DNA from: Minisyncoccia bacterium
GTDB lineage: Bacteria; Patescibacteriota; Minisyncoccia; 2-02-FULL-40-12; IGHO2-01-FULL-4-A
Assembly (NCBI GenBank): GCA_050015375.1
Contig: JBEKBN010000007.1
Coordinates: forward strand, 1 to 49,297
Length of the DNA: 49,297 nt
Direction: 5' to 3'
In this document: in pieces, positions 16,730-26,034 of the stretch
Layout of the letters: each line of letters opens with the position of its first letter
Numbering within the stretch: the first letter of the stretch is position 1
Notes under the pieces: generated by a model
Seen by the model: only the letters and a program-made list of their open reading frames with translations
Told to the model about the DNA's origin: nothing
The model's database searches: none
Translations under genes and position numbers: made by a program

Positions 16730-17600
16730 CGGTAAAATTATTTTTTTCGGCACATCTGAATTCGCCGTGCCGGCGCTGGAAGCGTTTTTTAACGCTGGCT
16801 ATGAAATTGGCGCCGTTATCACCACGCCCGATGAACCGGTCGGACGAAAACAAATTTTAACGCCTTCACCGGTTAAGTTTTGCGCCGAAAAACTAGGATT
16901 AAAAATTTTACAACCCCAAAAATTAGATTCCGAATTTTTAAAAATTCTTCAAACTACCAACCACAAACTACCAACTACTCTCGGTATCGTCGCCTCCTAC
17001 GGCAAAATAATTCCCAAAGAAATCATTGATTCGTTTCCGCTTGGCATCCTCAATATTCATCCGTCTCTTTTGCCGAAATATCGCGGGCCGTCGCCGATCC
17101 AGACCCAGATTTTGAACGGCGAGACGGAAATTGGAGTGACGATAATCAAAATTGACGAACTGGTGGATCACGGACCAATTGTCGCTGAACAAGAATCAAG
17201 AATCATGAATCATGAATTGTTTGAAGATGCGCAAAATAAATTATCCCGAATCGGAACCAACCTCCTGGTCAAAATATTGCCCGATTATATTTCCGGAAAA
17301 ATAAAACCGATTGAACAAAATCACGATCTGGCATCCTTCACAAAAAAGACATCCAAAGAAGATGGCAAAATCGACTGGAACAAACCGGCTGAACAAATTT
17401 ATGATCAATTTCGGGCTTTTCACAAATGGCCGGGAGTTTGGACGATTTGGAAAAACAAAATTTTGAAGATCACGGATCTGCGCGTTCAAAACGGCAAGAT
17501 TGAGATCCTCCGTCTTCAACTCGAAGGCGGAAAAGAGATGTCTTTGAAAGAATTTGTCGCCGGCCACAAAGATTTTATTGTCGGCAAACTCGGCCGGTGA
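16719..17600 (+). CDS. fmt: methionyl-tRNA formyltransferase
   Basis: IIFFGTSEFAVP..., NIHPSLLPKYRGPSPIQ. Overlaps def as in the usual def-fmt operon. Confidence 0.95.
   Translation: MKSNGKIIFFGTSEFAVPALEAFFNAGYEIGAVITTPDEPVGRKQILTPSPVKFCAEKLGLKILQPQKLDSEFLKILQTTNHKLPTTLGIVASYGKIIPKEIIDSFPLGILNIHPSLLPKYRGPSPIQTQILNGETEIGVTIIKIDELVDHGPIVAEQESRIMNHELFEDAQNKLSRIGTNLLVKILPDYISGKIKPIEQNHDLASFTKKTSKEDGKIDWNKPAEQIYDQFRAFHKWPGVWTIWKNKILKITDLRVQNGKIEILRLQLEGGKEMSLKEFVAGHKDFIVGKLGR
17191..17218 (-). repeat. heptamer tract (4 units, inverse orientation) inside fmt
   Basis: aagaatc aagaatc atgaatc atgaatt, read in frame as QESRIMNHEL. Confidence 0.8.
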
Positions 17601-17612
17601 TATAATATTCTT

Positions 17613-18356
17613 ATGCAGGAAGAAAATGTTCTCGAAGTTCAAAATCTGTCCGTTGAGTTCAACGGCGGTTTGATCTTGGATAATTTGAATTTTTCGGTGA
17701 GGCGCGGGGAAGTTCTTGCTATCGTCGGTCCCAACGGCGCCGGAAAAACCGTTTTGTTCCGTTCGCTTCTTGATCTTATCCCCTACTCCGGCGAAATAGA
17801 TTGGAAGCCCGGGATCCGAATCGGTTATGTCCCGCAAAAATTATCCATTGAGCATAATTTTCCCTTGACGGTCAGGGAATTTTTGGAAATCAAATCTGCC
17901 GCTGGAGTTCGCTATTCCCATCACGATATTTTTCAAGCGCTGGAGTCGGTCGGCATCAAAACCGGCACCGACGAGAAACATCATCTTGAACATCACATTC
18001 TGAACCGGCCTTTGGGCAAACTTTCCGGCGGCGAACTTCAGCGGATCCTTATCGCTTGGTCAATGATCGGCAAACCCGATGTTTTGCTTTTTGACGAACC
18101 CACGGCTGGCATTGATGCCGGGGGCGAGGAAACCATTTATCAACTTCTCCACAAACTCCAAATGAGCGCGACGCTTACGATCTTAATGATCTCGCACGAT
18201 CTGAATATCGTTTATAAATATACCGACAATGTTCTTTGCCTGAATAAAAAAATGCTGGCTTTTGGAAGACCGAAAACCATTTTAAGCCAAGAAGGATTGG
18301 CGTCGCTTTATGGCGGCGAGACCGAAATAATCCGCCACGACCACGGTTACAATTAA
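17613..18356 (+). CDS. metal (Zn/Mn-type) ABC transporter ATP-binding protein
   Basis: GPNGAGKT, LSGGELQR, LLFDEP. Resembles ZnuC/MntB-type ATPases. Confidence 0.85.
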   Translation: MQEENVLEVQNLSVEFNGGLILDNLNFSVRRGEVLAIVGPNGAGKTVLFRSLLDLIPYSGEIDWKPGIRIGYVPQKLSIEHNFPLTVREFLEIKSAAGVRYSHHDIFQALESVGIKTGTDEKHHLEHHILNRPLGKLSGGELQRILIAWSMIGKPDVLLFDEPTAGIDAGGEETIYQLLHKLQMSATLTILMISHDLNIVYKYTDNVLCLNKKMLAFGRPKTILSQEGLASLYGGETEIIRHDHGYN

Positions 18357-18392
18357 TTCGTATATTCGTAAAAATTCGTAATTTCGTAGTAA
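18355..18392 (+). repeat. 38-nt ATTCGTA-repeat block, copy 1
   Basis: aattcgtatattcgtaaaaattcgtaatttcgtagtaa fills the stop-to-start gap. 37/38 identical to 35834..35871. Confidence 0.85.
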
Positions 18393-18393
18393 T

Positions 18394-19158
18394 ATGAATT
18401 ATCTCCAAATCATCACTGGAATTTTTGTCGGGATCGCTTCCGGTTATTTAGGTTCGTTCATGGTCCTGCGGCGGATGGCGTTGGTTGGCGATGCGTTGTC
18501 TCATGTGGCTTTGCCGGGTTTGGCGCTGGCTCTGCTTTTCAACATCAATCCTTTCATCGGCGCTTTCGCGGCATTGTTCGTCGGTATCGTCATCGTTTGG
18601 TTCATTGAAAATCGGACCCATCTGCCGACCGAATCTCTCATTGGACTATTTTTCACTTTTTCTCTCGCCGTCGGTATTTTGATCACTCCTCGGGCGGAAC
18701 TGCTTGAGGCGCTGTTTGGCGATATTTCAAAGATCGCGGTTATGGACGCTATTCTTGCGGTTGTATTGTCCGTTTTAATAATGGTCGTTATGCGCGCAAT
18801 TTCGAAAAAATTCACCTTGAGCACGCTTTCCACCGATTTGGCCAGCTCCGTCGGAATAAATGTCTCACGACTTAATTTTATATTTTTAATAATGGTGGCG
18901 GTTATCGTCGCTCTGGGCATTAAGGCCGTCGGCACTTTGCTCACCGGCGCGCTGGTCATTATTCCCGCCATATCCGCGCGAAATATCACTTCGAGTTTGG
19001 GCGCCTATACTGTTGGCAGCGCGATCTTTGGACTTTTGAGCTTGCTTGGCGGGATATTCATTTCTTCATATTTCAACCTCGCCCCGGGTCCGATAATCGT
19101 TTTGACCAGTTCTGTCATTTTTCTGGTTTCATTCGTTTTGAGCAACAAAAATTCTTGA
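18394..19158 (+). CDS. metal ABC transporter permease (ABC-3/ZnuB family)
   Basis: Multi-pass membrane protein with GDALSHVALPGLALA, typical of the ABC-3 family. Confidence 0.85.
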   Translation: MNYLQIITGIFVGIASGYLGSFMVLRRMALVGDALSHVALPGLALALLFNINPFIGAFAALFVGIVIVWFIENRTHLPTESLIGLFFTFSLAVGILITPRAELLEALFGDISKIAVMDAILAVVLSVLIMVVMRAISKKFTLSTLSTDLASSVGINVSRLNFIFLIMVAVIVALGIKAVGTLLTGALVIIPAISARNITSSLGAYTVGSAIFGLLSLLGGIFISSYFNLAPGPIIVLTSSVIFLVSFVLSNKNS

Positions 19159-19224
19159 CCGGCTTAATTTTGCATTTTCCGGATATTTTTGTTATTCTTC
19201 GGTTAACCGTTTAATTATTTCTAT

Positions 19225-19794
19225 ATGATCGGACCGAATGAATTAAAACCCGGCGTCTATTTTATTTACGAAGGCCAGCCCTACGAGGTCACCGAAACCC
19301 ATCATCTTAAGATGCAACAGCGCCGGCCGGTGGTTCAGACGAAGATGAGAAATGTGCTCAACGGCAAGACGCTGGAGCGCAACATGGCCCAGTCGGACAT
19401 GTTCGAGGAGGCCGATATTCAGAAAAAATCGGTGAAGTTTTTGTACGCTCACCGCGAAGAATATTGGTTTTCTGAAATTGACGACCCTTCAAAAAGATTC
19501 AAACTTGACGCCGGCATCATCGGCGAGCAGACCAAGTTTCTGAAATCCAATACTCCGGTTGAAGCCGTTACCTTCAACGACAAAATAATCAATGTTTCAT
19601 TGCCGATTAAAATGCAATTCAAGGTCACCGAAGCGCCGCCGGGAATTCGCGGAGATACGGCCCAGGGCGGAGTTAAAACAGTTAAAATCGAAACCGGCGC
19701 CTCGGTAAACGTGCCGTTATTCGTGAATCAAGACGACGCAATTATTGTAAATACTCAAACGGGAGAGTATGTGGAAAGAGCGACCAAGGGCTAA
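19225..19794 (+). CDS. efp: elongation factor P
   Basis: GQPYEVTETHHLKMQQRRPVVQTKMRNVLNGKTLE and the three-domain length. Confidence 0.93.
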   Translation: MIGPNELKPGVYFIYEGQPYEVTETHHLKMQQRRPVVQTKMRNVLNGKTLERNMAQSDMFEEADIQKKSVKFLYAHREEYWFSEIDDPSKRFKLDAGIIGEQTKFLKSNTPVEAVTFNDKIINVSLPIKMQFKVTEAPPGIRGDTAQGGVKTVKIETGASVNVPLFVNQDDAIIVNTQTGEYVERATKG

Positions 19795-20369
19795 CGATAG
19801 CGGGAATATTTGGACGACTTGAGCGATGAGGAAGTGGAACTTTCTCTTTTACCTTTCAAAAAGAAAATAGCAATCAGCGAGATGACCGCCCAATAAAAGA
19901 GGGCGGTTTTTGTTCCGACAAAATTCGCGACGCTTGCGGGTAAGATCGGAGTTCCGATTTTCGGCAAATAAGACGCCAGTACGCTGACAAGAAGTCCGGC
20001 ATTGACCACCGACAATAATATTATAGAAATTATTGACGAGTCCTTCAGGGTAACTCGGTTTTTCAAAATCGAGCGATTCATAATATAAAATACGGCGACA
20101 AAAAATATGAGAAATAATCCGATGTGGACGAGATATGACTGTGTGCTCCCGACGGTGTTTTTTATGAAATTGAAATACGGCAAATTCGCCTCGATGAAAT
20201 ATGCCACATAGACCGAAAGCATCGAAACTAAAATCCGCGACCGGCCGAGGGTAAATCCGATGACGAAAATCACGAAAGCGCCAAAAGCCACGATGAGCAT
20301 CGCCGACGAATTGAACGCCTTCCCCAAACTTGCCAAATAAAACAAAATACTCGAGATTATCCCGGACAT
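19791..20369 (-). CDS. multi-pass membrane protein, function unknown
   Basis: Five or six hydrophobic helices and a Ser/Lys-rich tail. Confidence 0.55.
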   Translation of the reverse strand: MSGIISSILFYLASLGKAFNSSAMLIVAFGAFVIFVIGFTLGRSRILVSMLSVYVAYFIEANLPYFNFIKNTVGSTQSYLVHIGLFLIFFVAVFYIMNRSILKNRVTLKDSSIISIILLSVVNAGLLVSVLASYLPKIGTPILPASVANFVGTKTALFYWAVISLIAIFFLKGKRESSTSSSLKSSKYSRYR

Positions 20370-20451
20370 GAATTTATTATACTACGAAAATCTTAGTTTC
20401 CCAACAACAAAAGTTTTATTTTTGTTTAAATCAGGCAACTGGCTACGATTC

Positions 20452-20480
20452 TTGACATATAAATAAAAAGGGTATAGAAT
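20452..20480 (+). promoter_or_regulatory. sigma70-like promoter for 20549..21166
   Basis: TTGACA (20452-20457), 17 nt, TAGAAT (20475-20480). GGGAGGAG SD before the ATG. Confidence 0.6.
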
Positions 20481-20548
20481 ACATCATTGCGTGGGTTGTT
20501 GCTGTTAAACCCAATTATTGAACCCTTGAATGCCTCCGGGAGGAGAAA

Positions 20549-21166
20549 ATGAAAACAAGGTTCTTTACAATAGCAGTTCTGTTTTTGATGGTACTGGCCC
20601 CCATTGGGCTGGCCCAAACTAAGCAGCAGGTAGCCGGCGAAGGGCAGATCGTGGTCAACGAGAAAGACCTGCCACCTGATGTTTTGGCAAAGATCAGGTC
20701 AGTTCAAAAAGTCGAACAGGACGTTTCGGCCGTTCCGGCCGAGGCAAAACAATGGAAAGACGAGATCCTTGAGAGAGTCGATGCTCTCGCGAAAAAAATC
20801 GGTACTACGGTTGAGCATCTTTGGATGGTCCTGGCCCGTCAAGGGTATATTGAAGGATGTTATGGCATATTTTGGCTCATTCTGGGTATCGGGATGACCA
20901 TCGGAGCCATTAGACATCTCTCAGGAACCATTATCTTGTGCACGGGTAAATTTGAACTGAAAGAGAAAAAGGGAGATGAAACTTCGGTGGTCAGAAAATC
21001 AGAAATTACAGGAACGGAATGCACGAGGATAACTAAAACAATTATTCTGTGCATCCTCGGACTAGTGTTCCTCATAACAGCCGGTGTATACATTACCGAT
21101 ATTGGTTACCTGTTCAATCCAGAGTATTTTGCTCTTCAGCAGATGCAACAGATTTTCGGTCACTGA
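20549..21166 (+). CDS. secreted/membrane hypothetical protein
   Basis: Signal peptide MKTRFFTIAVLFLMVLAPIGLAQ plus two later TM helices. Confidence 0.55.
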   Translation: MKTRFFTIAVLFLMVLAPIGLAQTKQQVAGEGQIVVNEKDLPPDVLAKIRSVQKVEQDVSAVPAEAKQWKDEILERVDALAKKIGTTVEHLWMVLARQGYIEGCYGIFWLILGIGMTIGAIRHLSGTIILCTGKFELKEKKGDETSVVRKSEITGTECTRITKTIILCILGLVFLITAGVYITDIGYLFNPEYFALQQMQQIFGH

Positions 21167-21185
21167 CCGCCGGCAACGGCAAGCC

Positions 21186-21219
21186 CCCCACGAATGAAAA
21201 GCTATCCGTGGGGTTTTTT
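21186..21219 (+). terminator. rho-independent terminator (convergent gene pair)
   Basis: ccccacg...cgtgggg followed by T6. Confidence 0.7.
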
Positions 21220-21238
21220 AATTCGCTCGCGCCGAGTA

Positions 21239-22342
21239 TTAGATTTCCGTGGAGAGCTCCTCGACGAGTTTGCGGGCACGGCTGGAGAGTTTCTTGGGAA
21301 TATCAATTTTGATTTTGACGATTTGGTCGCCGTTGCGATTGCCGTGAACGCCAAATCCTCGCATGCGGATTTCCTCGCCGTCTTGAGTTCCCGCCGGAAT
21401 CTGGATTTCCTTGTCGCCATCGAGTGTCGGCACTCGGACGACATTTCCTAGCATTGCATCAGTTAATTTAATATTCAAATTGTAAAATAAATCTTCCCCG
21501 ACTCTTTTGAATCTTCTATCATTGAGAACCTGAAGCCGGATATACAAATCCCCCGCCTGTCCGTTTCTGAATCCGGCTTGGCCCTGGCCTTTCACGACCA
21601 AAACCTCGCGGTCTTTTATTCCGCCCGGAATTGTAATGTCAAAGGTTTTTCTACCTTTGGCTCTCCCTTCGCCCGAACAAATTGGGCATTTTTCCTTCGG
21701 CACCTTACCGGTTCCGGTGCAAACTTTGCAAGCGTAAACCTGCATTATGTTGCCAAAAAAAGAATGGACATTTTGTTTTATCTCGCCGGTTCCGTTGCAA
21801 GTTCCGCAATTCACGGCATTACTTCCCGGCTTCACCCCGCTTCCTTGGCAATTCTCGCAAATTATTTCTTTTGACAATTCAACTTTCTTCACCCCACCTC
21901 GCGCACAGGTGAAAAAATCTATCGTCAGAGCGACTTCAATATCGGCGCCGCGATTTATATTTGCCTCGGCCCTTCTTGAACTTCTCCGTCCAAAACCTCC
22001 GCCGAAAATATCAAAGATGTCATTCAAATCAATATTCTCGCCACGGCCAAAACCGCCAAATTGAGAAAAATCAAATCCGTCAAATCCGCCCTGTTGACCT
22101 TGTCCGCCGAAACCGCCAAACCCTTGTCCATTCTGAAATGTTGAACCGAACTGGTCATATTGACCACGTTTTTTCGGATCGGACAAAACTTGATAGGCCT
22201 CATTTATTTCTTTGAACTTGGCTTCATTACCACCTTTTTTGTCAGGATGATATTCGTGAGCCAGTTTTCTGTAGGCACTCTTAATCTCATCCGCGGAAGC
22301 GGATTTTTCAATGCCTAAGGTTTTGTAGTAATCGGAGGGCAT
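21239..22342 (-). CDS. dnaJ: molecular chaperone DnaJ
   Basis: [31 protein letters not shown] (J domain), a G/F region and four CxxCxGxG motifs. Start moved to ATG 22342. Confidence 0.95.
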   Translation of the reverse strand: MPSDYYKTLGIEKSASADEIKSAYRKLAHEYHPDKKGGNEAKFKEINEAYQVLSDPKKRGQYDQFGSTFQNGQGFGGFGGQGQQGGFDGFDFSQFGGFGRGENIDLNDIFDIFGGGFGRRSSRRAEANINRGADIEVALTIDFFTCARGGVKKVELSKEIICENCQGSGVKPGSNAVNCGTCNGTGEIKQNVHSFFGNIMQVYACKVCTGTGKVPKEKCPICSGEGRAKGRKTFDITIPGGIKDREVLVVKGQGQAGFRNGQAGDLYIRLQVLNDRRFKRVGEDLFYNLNIKLTDAMLGNVVRVPTLDGDKEIQIPAGTQDGEEIRMRGFGVHGNRNGDQIVKIKIDIPKKLSSRARKLVEELSTEI

Positions 22343-22352
22343 AATAAAAAAT

Positions 22353-22556
22353 AGTAAGCTGGCGGTTGTTGTCTTGAGGGCGCTCATTTCTGTGAGCCCG
22401 AAGGCTTGGAGGGCGTGATTGCATGGCCTGGCAACATGAGAAAATGGTAAAATATTTCCTGCCATTTTCTCGTGTTGCCAGAATCCACAGAAATGAGCGA
22501 GCCGGAATTCTCGCTGGGAATTCCGGCGTCCCGAGAGATAATAGCTGCCAGCTAAA
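22353..22556 (+). repeat. type-A structured repeat filling the dnaK-dnaJ gap
   Basis: Outer arms agctggc/gccagct. Helix cgctcatttctgtg/cacagaaatgagcg. GCATGG at 22421-22426. Hairpin cctggcaacatgagaaaatgg/ccattttctcgtgttgccag. TCGCTGGG at 22511-22518, closed by ggaattc/gaattcc. Confidence 0.8.
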
Positions 22557-22561
22557 TTATC

Positions 22562-24448
22562 TTACTTTTCTTCAGCTTTAGTTTCCTTCGCCTCGGAGTG
22601 CGGATCCTCCTCAACTTTCGCTCCCTGCTCGGCGTTTGTTGATTGCTGGGCTTTATACATCGCTTCTCCGATTTTTTGGGCAGTTGTCGCCAAGTCGTCC
22701 GTGGCTTTTTTGATCTCTGCAGCATCGGAACTATCTTTCACTTTTTTGACCGCTTCTATTTTTTCCTCGATCTGCTTTTTCAGATCATCGGCAACTTTTG
22801 TTCCCGCGTCTTTCAGTGCTTTCTCGGTCGTGTAGACCAACGTCTCGGCCATATTCTTGGCATCAACGAGTTCTTTTTTCTTGGCATCTTCGGAAGCGAA
22901 TTTTTCGGCTTCCATGGTCATCCGCTTTTTCTCGTCTTCAGACAAACCGGATGAACCTTCGATCTTGATTGACTGCTCTTTTCCGGTGGCTTTGTCTTTG
23001 GCTTTGACATTCAGAATTCCATTGGCATCAATATCGAATGAGACCTCAATTTGCGGAATGCCCCGAGGCGCCGGTGGAATGCCGTCAAGAATGAATCTGC
23101 CGAGCGTTTTGTTGTCAGCCGACATCGGCCGTTCGCCTTGCAAAACATGGATTTCTACTGATGGCTGATTGTCGGCCGCCGTTGAAAATATTTGTGATTT
23201 GGAAACTGGCACGGTTGTGTTTTTGTCTATCATTTTTGTCATAACCTGGCCCATGGTTTCAATGCCAAGCGAAAGCGGTGTTACATCCAAAAGCAAAACA
23301 TCCCTAATGTCGCCTTGCATGATTCCGCCCTGGATGGCCGCGCCGACGGCGACAACTTCGTCAGGATTGACGTCTTTGTGCGGTTCTTTGCCGAATAATT
23401 TTTTGACGGCGTCGATCATCGCCGGCATTCTGGTCTGGCCGCCGACAAGAACGACTTCGTTAATATCTGAAATCTTAATTCCGGTTTTCTCAAGAGTTTC
23501 TTTTGTTAATTTAATCGAAAGGTCAATGTAATCGCGGACGAGATCCTCCAGTTTCGCTCGAGTGAAAGTCATGCTGAAATGCTTGGCGCCCGAAGCGTCG
23601 GCGGTCAGAAACGGAATATTGACCTCGGTTTGAGTGGTGCTGGAAAGTTCGTGTTTGGCTTTCTCAGCCGCGTCTTTCAGCCGTTGCAATGCTAGCTGGT
23701 CTTTTGACACATCCACGCCTTGTTCTTTTTTGAATTCATCCACAAAATATTTGATTATCCGCTGGTCAAAATCGTCACCGCCAAGATGGGTGTCGCCGCC
23801 GGTTCCTTTGACTTCAATTGTGTCCTCGGAAACTTCAAGGACTGAAATATCAAAAGTTCCGCCGCCAAAATCATAGACGCAAATTTTCTCATCTTTCTTT
23901 TTGTTGAAACCGTAAGCCAGCGCGGCGGCAGTCGGTTCGTTGATGACCCTTTTGACATTCAGACCGGCAATTTCACCAGCGTCTTTGGTTGCTTTTCTTT
24001 GAGAATCATCAAAATACGCCGGCACGGTAATGATGGCATCGGTTATCTTTTCGCCAAGTTTGTCTTCGGCATCGGTCTTCAATTTTTGCAATATCATCGC
24101 CGATATTTCCGCTGGCTTGAACCATTTCTCCCCCATTTTTATCTCAACATCGCCGTTTGAACCTTCGCGAATTTCATACGGCAAAAGCGCTTTGTCTTTT
24201 TGGACTTCCTTGTCGGAATATCTGCGGCCGATGAGCCGCTTCACTGAATATATCGTGTTTCTCGGATTTGTGACCGCTTGTCTTTTCGCTGTGACACCGA
24301 CGTAACGCTCACCGTTCTTGCCGACGGCAACAACGGACGGCGTCGTCCGCATGCCTTCCTTATTCTCCAAAACCCTCGGCTGGCCGATCTCCACGATCGC
24401 CATCGCCGAATTAGTCGTTCCCAGATCGATTCCTAATATTTTTGACAT
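22562..24448 (-). CDS. dnaK: molecular chaperone DnaK
   Basis: [25 protein letters not shown]. Confidence 0.97.
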   Translation of the reverse strand: MSKILGIDLGTTNSAMAIVEIGQPRVLENKEGMRTTPSVVAVGKNGERYVGVTAKRQAVTNPRNTIYSVKRLIGRRYSDKEVQKDKALLPYEIREGSNGDVEIKMGEKWFKPAEISAMILQKLKTDAEDKLGEKITDAIITVPAYFDDSQRKATKDAGEIAGLNVKRVINEPTAAALAYGFNKKKDEKICVYDFGGGTFDISVLEVSEDTIEVKGTGGDTHLGGDDFDQRIIKYFVDEFKKEQGVDVSKDQLALQRLKDAAEKAKHELSSTTQTEVNIPFLTADASGAKHFSMTFTRAKLEDLVRDYIDLSIKLTKETLEKTGIKISDINEVVLVGGQTRMPAMIDAVKKLFGKEPHKDVNPDEVVAVGAAIQGGIMQGDIRDVLLLDVTPLSLGIETMGQVMTKMIDKNTTVPVSKSQIFSTAADNQPSVEIHVLQGERPMSADNKTLGRFILDGIPPAPRGIPQIEVSFDIDANGILNVKAKDKATGKEQSIKIEGSSGLSEDEKKRMTMEAEKFASEDAKKKELVDAKNMAETLVYTTEKALKDAGTKVADDLKKQIEEKIEAVKKVKDSSDAAEIKKATDDLATTAQKIGEAMYKAQQSTNAEQGAKVEEDPHSEAKETKAEEK

Positions 24449-24458
24449 GATGATTTAT

Positions 24459-24622
24459 AAGCGAGCGGATGTTATTTCTAGGGCGCTCATTTCTGTGCGA
24501 TTGCACGGTTGGCGAGCAGTATAATGTCGGCGTAAGCCACTGCGAGCCAAATCCACAGAAATGAGCGAGTCGATTTCCTCGCTGGGGAAATTGACATCCC
24601 ATGAAATAACATCAGCGAGCTT
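24459..24622 (+). repeat. type-A structured repeat filling the grpE-dnaK gap
   Basis: Arms aagcgagcggatgttatttc/gaaataacatcagcgagctt. GCACGG at 24503-24508, TATAAT at 24520-24525, TCGCTGGG at 24579-24586. Confidence 0.8.
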
Positions 24623-24627
24623 GTTAA

Positions 24628-25155
24628 TTATCTGATTATTTTCACTCTCGCCGGCCTGATGACTTTTCCGTGCATCGTGTAGCCGGCTCTGATCTCTTCA
24701 ATTTTGCTTGCCCCGTTTGAACTCGAAGAATTTCCAATGGGGTTCCGGTTTTCTTCGGTACTTATCGCTTCATGCAATTCCGGATCAAATTTTTCTCCTT
24801 CGACCTTTATTTTCTCAACTCCGTGTTTTTTCAATAATTCGCTGAACTTTTTCAAAACCTGATTCAGACCAATATTTTCCGACGAATGTTTTGCCGTGAT
24901 CTCCAGATCATCAACCACGTCCAGTATTTCGATCAGCAACGCCTCGTTGGCAAATTTCGCGAATTCTTCCAGCGTTTTGGTTTCGTCTTTTTTGTAATTC
25001 AGAAAATCCGCCCGTTCGCGTTTCCAATTATTCAAATACTCCTCGGCTTTCGCTTCTGCTTCTTCCAATTTCTTTTTCAATAAAACCGAATCAATTTGCT
25101 CCAAAATCTCGTCCTTCCCCAATTGGTTCTGATTTTGTTTTTGTTCTTGGGCCAT
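24628..25155 (-). CDS. grpE: nucleotide exchange factor GrpE
   Basis: Coiled-coil N-terminus, ..FDPELHEAIS.., and position between hrcA and dnaK. Confidence 0.93.
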   Translation of the reverse strand: MAQEQKQNQNQLGKDEILEQIDSVLLKKKLEEAEAKAEEYLNNWKRERADFLNYKKDETKTLEEFAKFANEALLIEILDVVDDLEITAKHSSENIGLNQVLKKFSELLKKHGVEKIKVEGEKFDPELHEAISTEENRNPIGNSSSSNGASKIEEIRAGYTMHGKVIRPARVKIIR

Positions 25156-25156
25156 A

Positions 25157-25909
25157 TTAATTTTTCACTGCCATTTTATTTAATTCGTCCGTCGTATATT
25201 TTATCAATCCTATATTTCTCTGATAATCCATCCTCGTCGGACCGATCAGGGTCAGCGAACCGGTGAATTTTTCCGGCAATCGATATTTGGCAAACATCAT
25301 CGTTTCGTCTTTAACGTCACGGATCTGGTTCTCGTCGCCGATGATGATATTCAAATTTTCGAACCGATCGTCCATCATCGTGAACAGATGTTTCTCCAGT
25401 TGATCAAAAATATTTTCAAACCGGTCAAAAAAACTCGTCAGCCGGAAAGCGCGGTCAAATTCCCTGAAATCCGGTAATTCGAACATCCCCGAAAGTCCGC
25501 ATTTGAAAAAATCATCGCGTTGGTCAATGTTGGTGATGACCAGATTTTCGCAAAGATCGGAAAGTGTTTTGGCTACGTTCTTGTTTAATTGTTGCGGATC
25601 GTTGCCGGCGTCTTTGATGGCGCGGGAGATCTTCTTCCGGTCAACCGGATTTGGTTTCAATTTTTCCGGTTCAATAAAGTTATCCACATAATAGCGATAA
25701 GCGATGTCGGTCGGGACGCGGCCGCCGGAAGTGTGGAACTGATTCAGATAACCGAGCGTCTCCAGCTCATTCATCTCGCCCCGGATTGATGCCGATCTCA
25801 AGCCGAAAAAGCCAGATTTTTCAATCTCTTTTGAGCTTACCGGGTCGGCGGTTCTGATATATTGGCTAACTATCGCCGCCACCAAAGCCGATTGTCTTGG
25901 CGTAAGCAT
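25157..25909 (-). CDS. hrcA: heat-inducible transcription repressor HrcA
   Basis: MLTPRQSALVAAIVSQYIRTADPVSSKEI..LGYL..HTSGGRVPTD. CIRCE lies immediately upstream. Confidence 0.9.
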   Translation of the reverse strand: MLTPRQSALVAAIVSQYIRTADPVSSKEIEKSGFFGLRSASIRGEMNELETLGYLNQFHTSGGRVPTDIAYRYYVDNFIEPEKLKPNPVDRKKISRAIKDAGNDPQQLNKNVAKTLSDLCENLVITNIDQRDDFFKCGLSGMFELPDFREFDRAFRLTSFFDRFENIFDQLEKHLFTMMDDRFENLNIIIGDENQIRDVKDETMMFAKYRLPEKFTGSLTLIGPTRMDYQRNIGLIKYTTDELNKMAVKN

Positions 25910-25917
25910 ATGTATCA

Positions 25918-25954
25918 ATTATAGCCATTGGCACTCTCATGTCAAGAGTGCCAA
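25918..25954 (-). promoter_or_regulatory. CIRCE operator overlapping the hrcA promoter
   Basis: TTGGCACTC-N9-GAGTGCCAA (25928-25954) compared with the consensus TTAGCACTC-N9-GAGTGCTAA. Minus strand reads TTGACA (25940-25945, in the CIRCE spacer), 16 nt, TATAAT (25918-25923), then 8 nt to the ATG. Confidence 0.85.
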
Positions 25955-26034
25955 TCGGCGGATGACGGATATTGTCTCTCTAAACAACATCCGCCATCCT
26001 CCTCATTTTTGATTTTTGATGATAAAATATATTT

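Noticed and set aside
22343-22465. Long N-terminal extension of dnaJ (ORF start 22465), and similarly of mraZ (39446), the M23 peptidase (12385), rplJ (46534) and 7013-7558.
   Set aside because: The extensions read through repeat elements or upstream genes. Conserved native N-termini (DYYKTLG, MLLGEHHH and so on) begin at internal ATGs.
22643-24524. Plus-strand ORFs antisense to dnaK (22643-22954, 22857-23168, 23169-23531, 23634-23876, 24030-24305, 24318-24524).
   Set aside because: These are shadow ORFs opposite a highly conserved gene. They have no start context and a biased Ser/Pro-rich composition.
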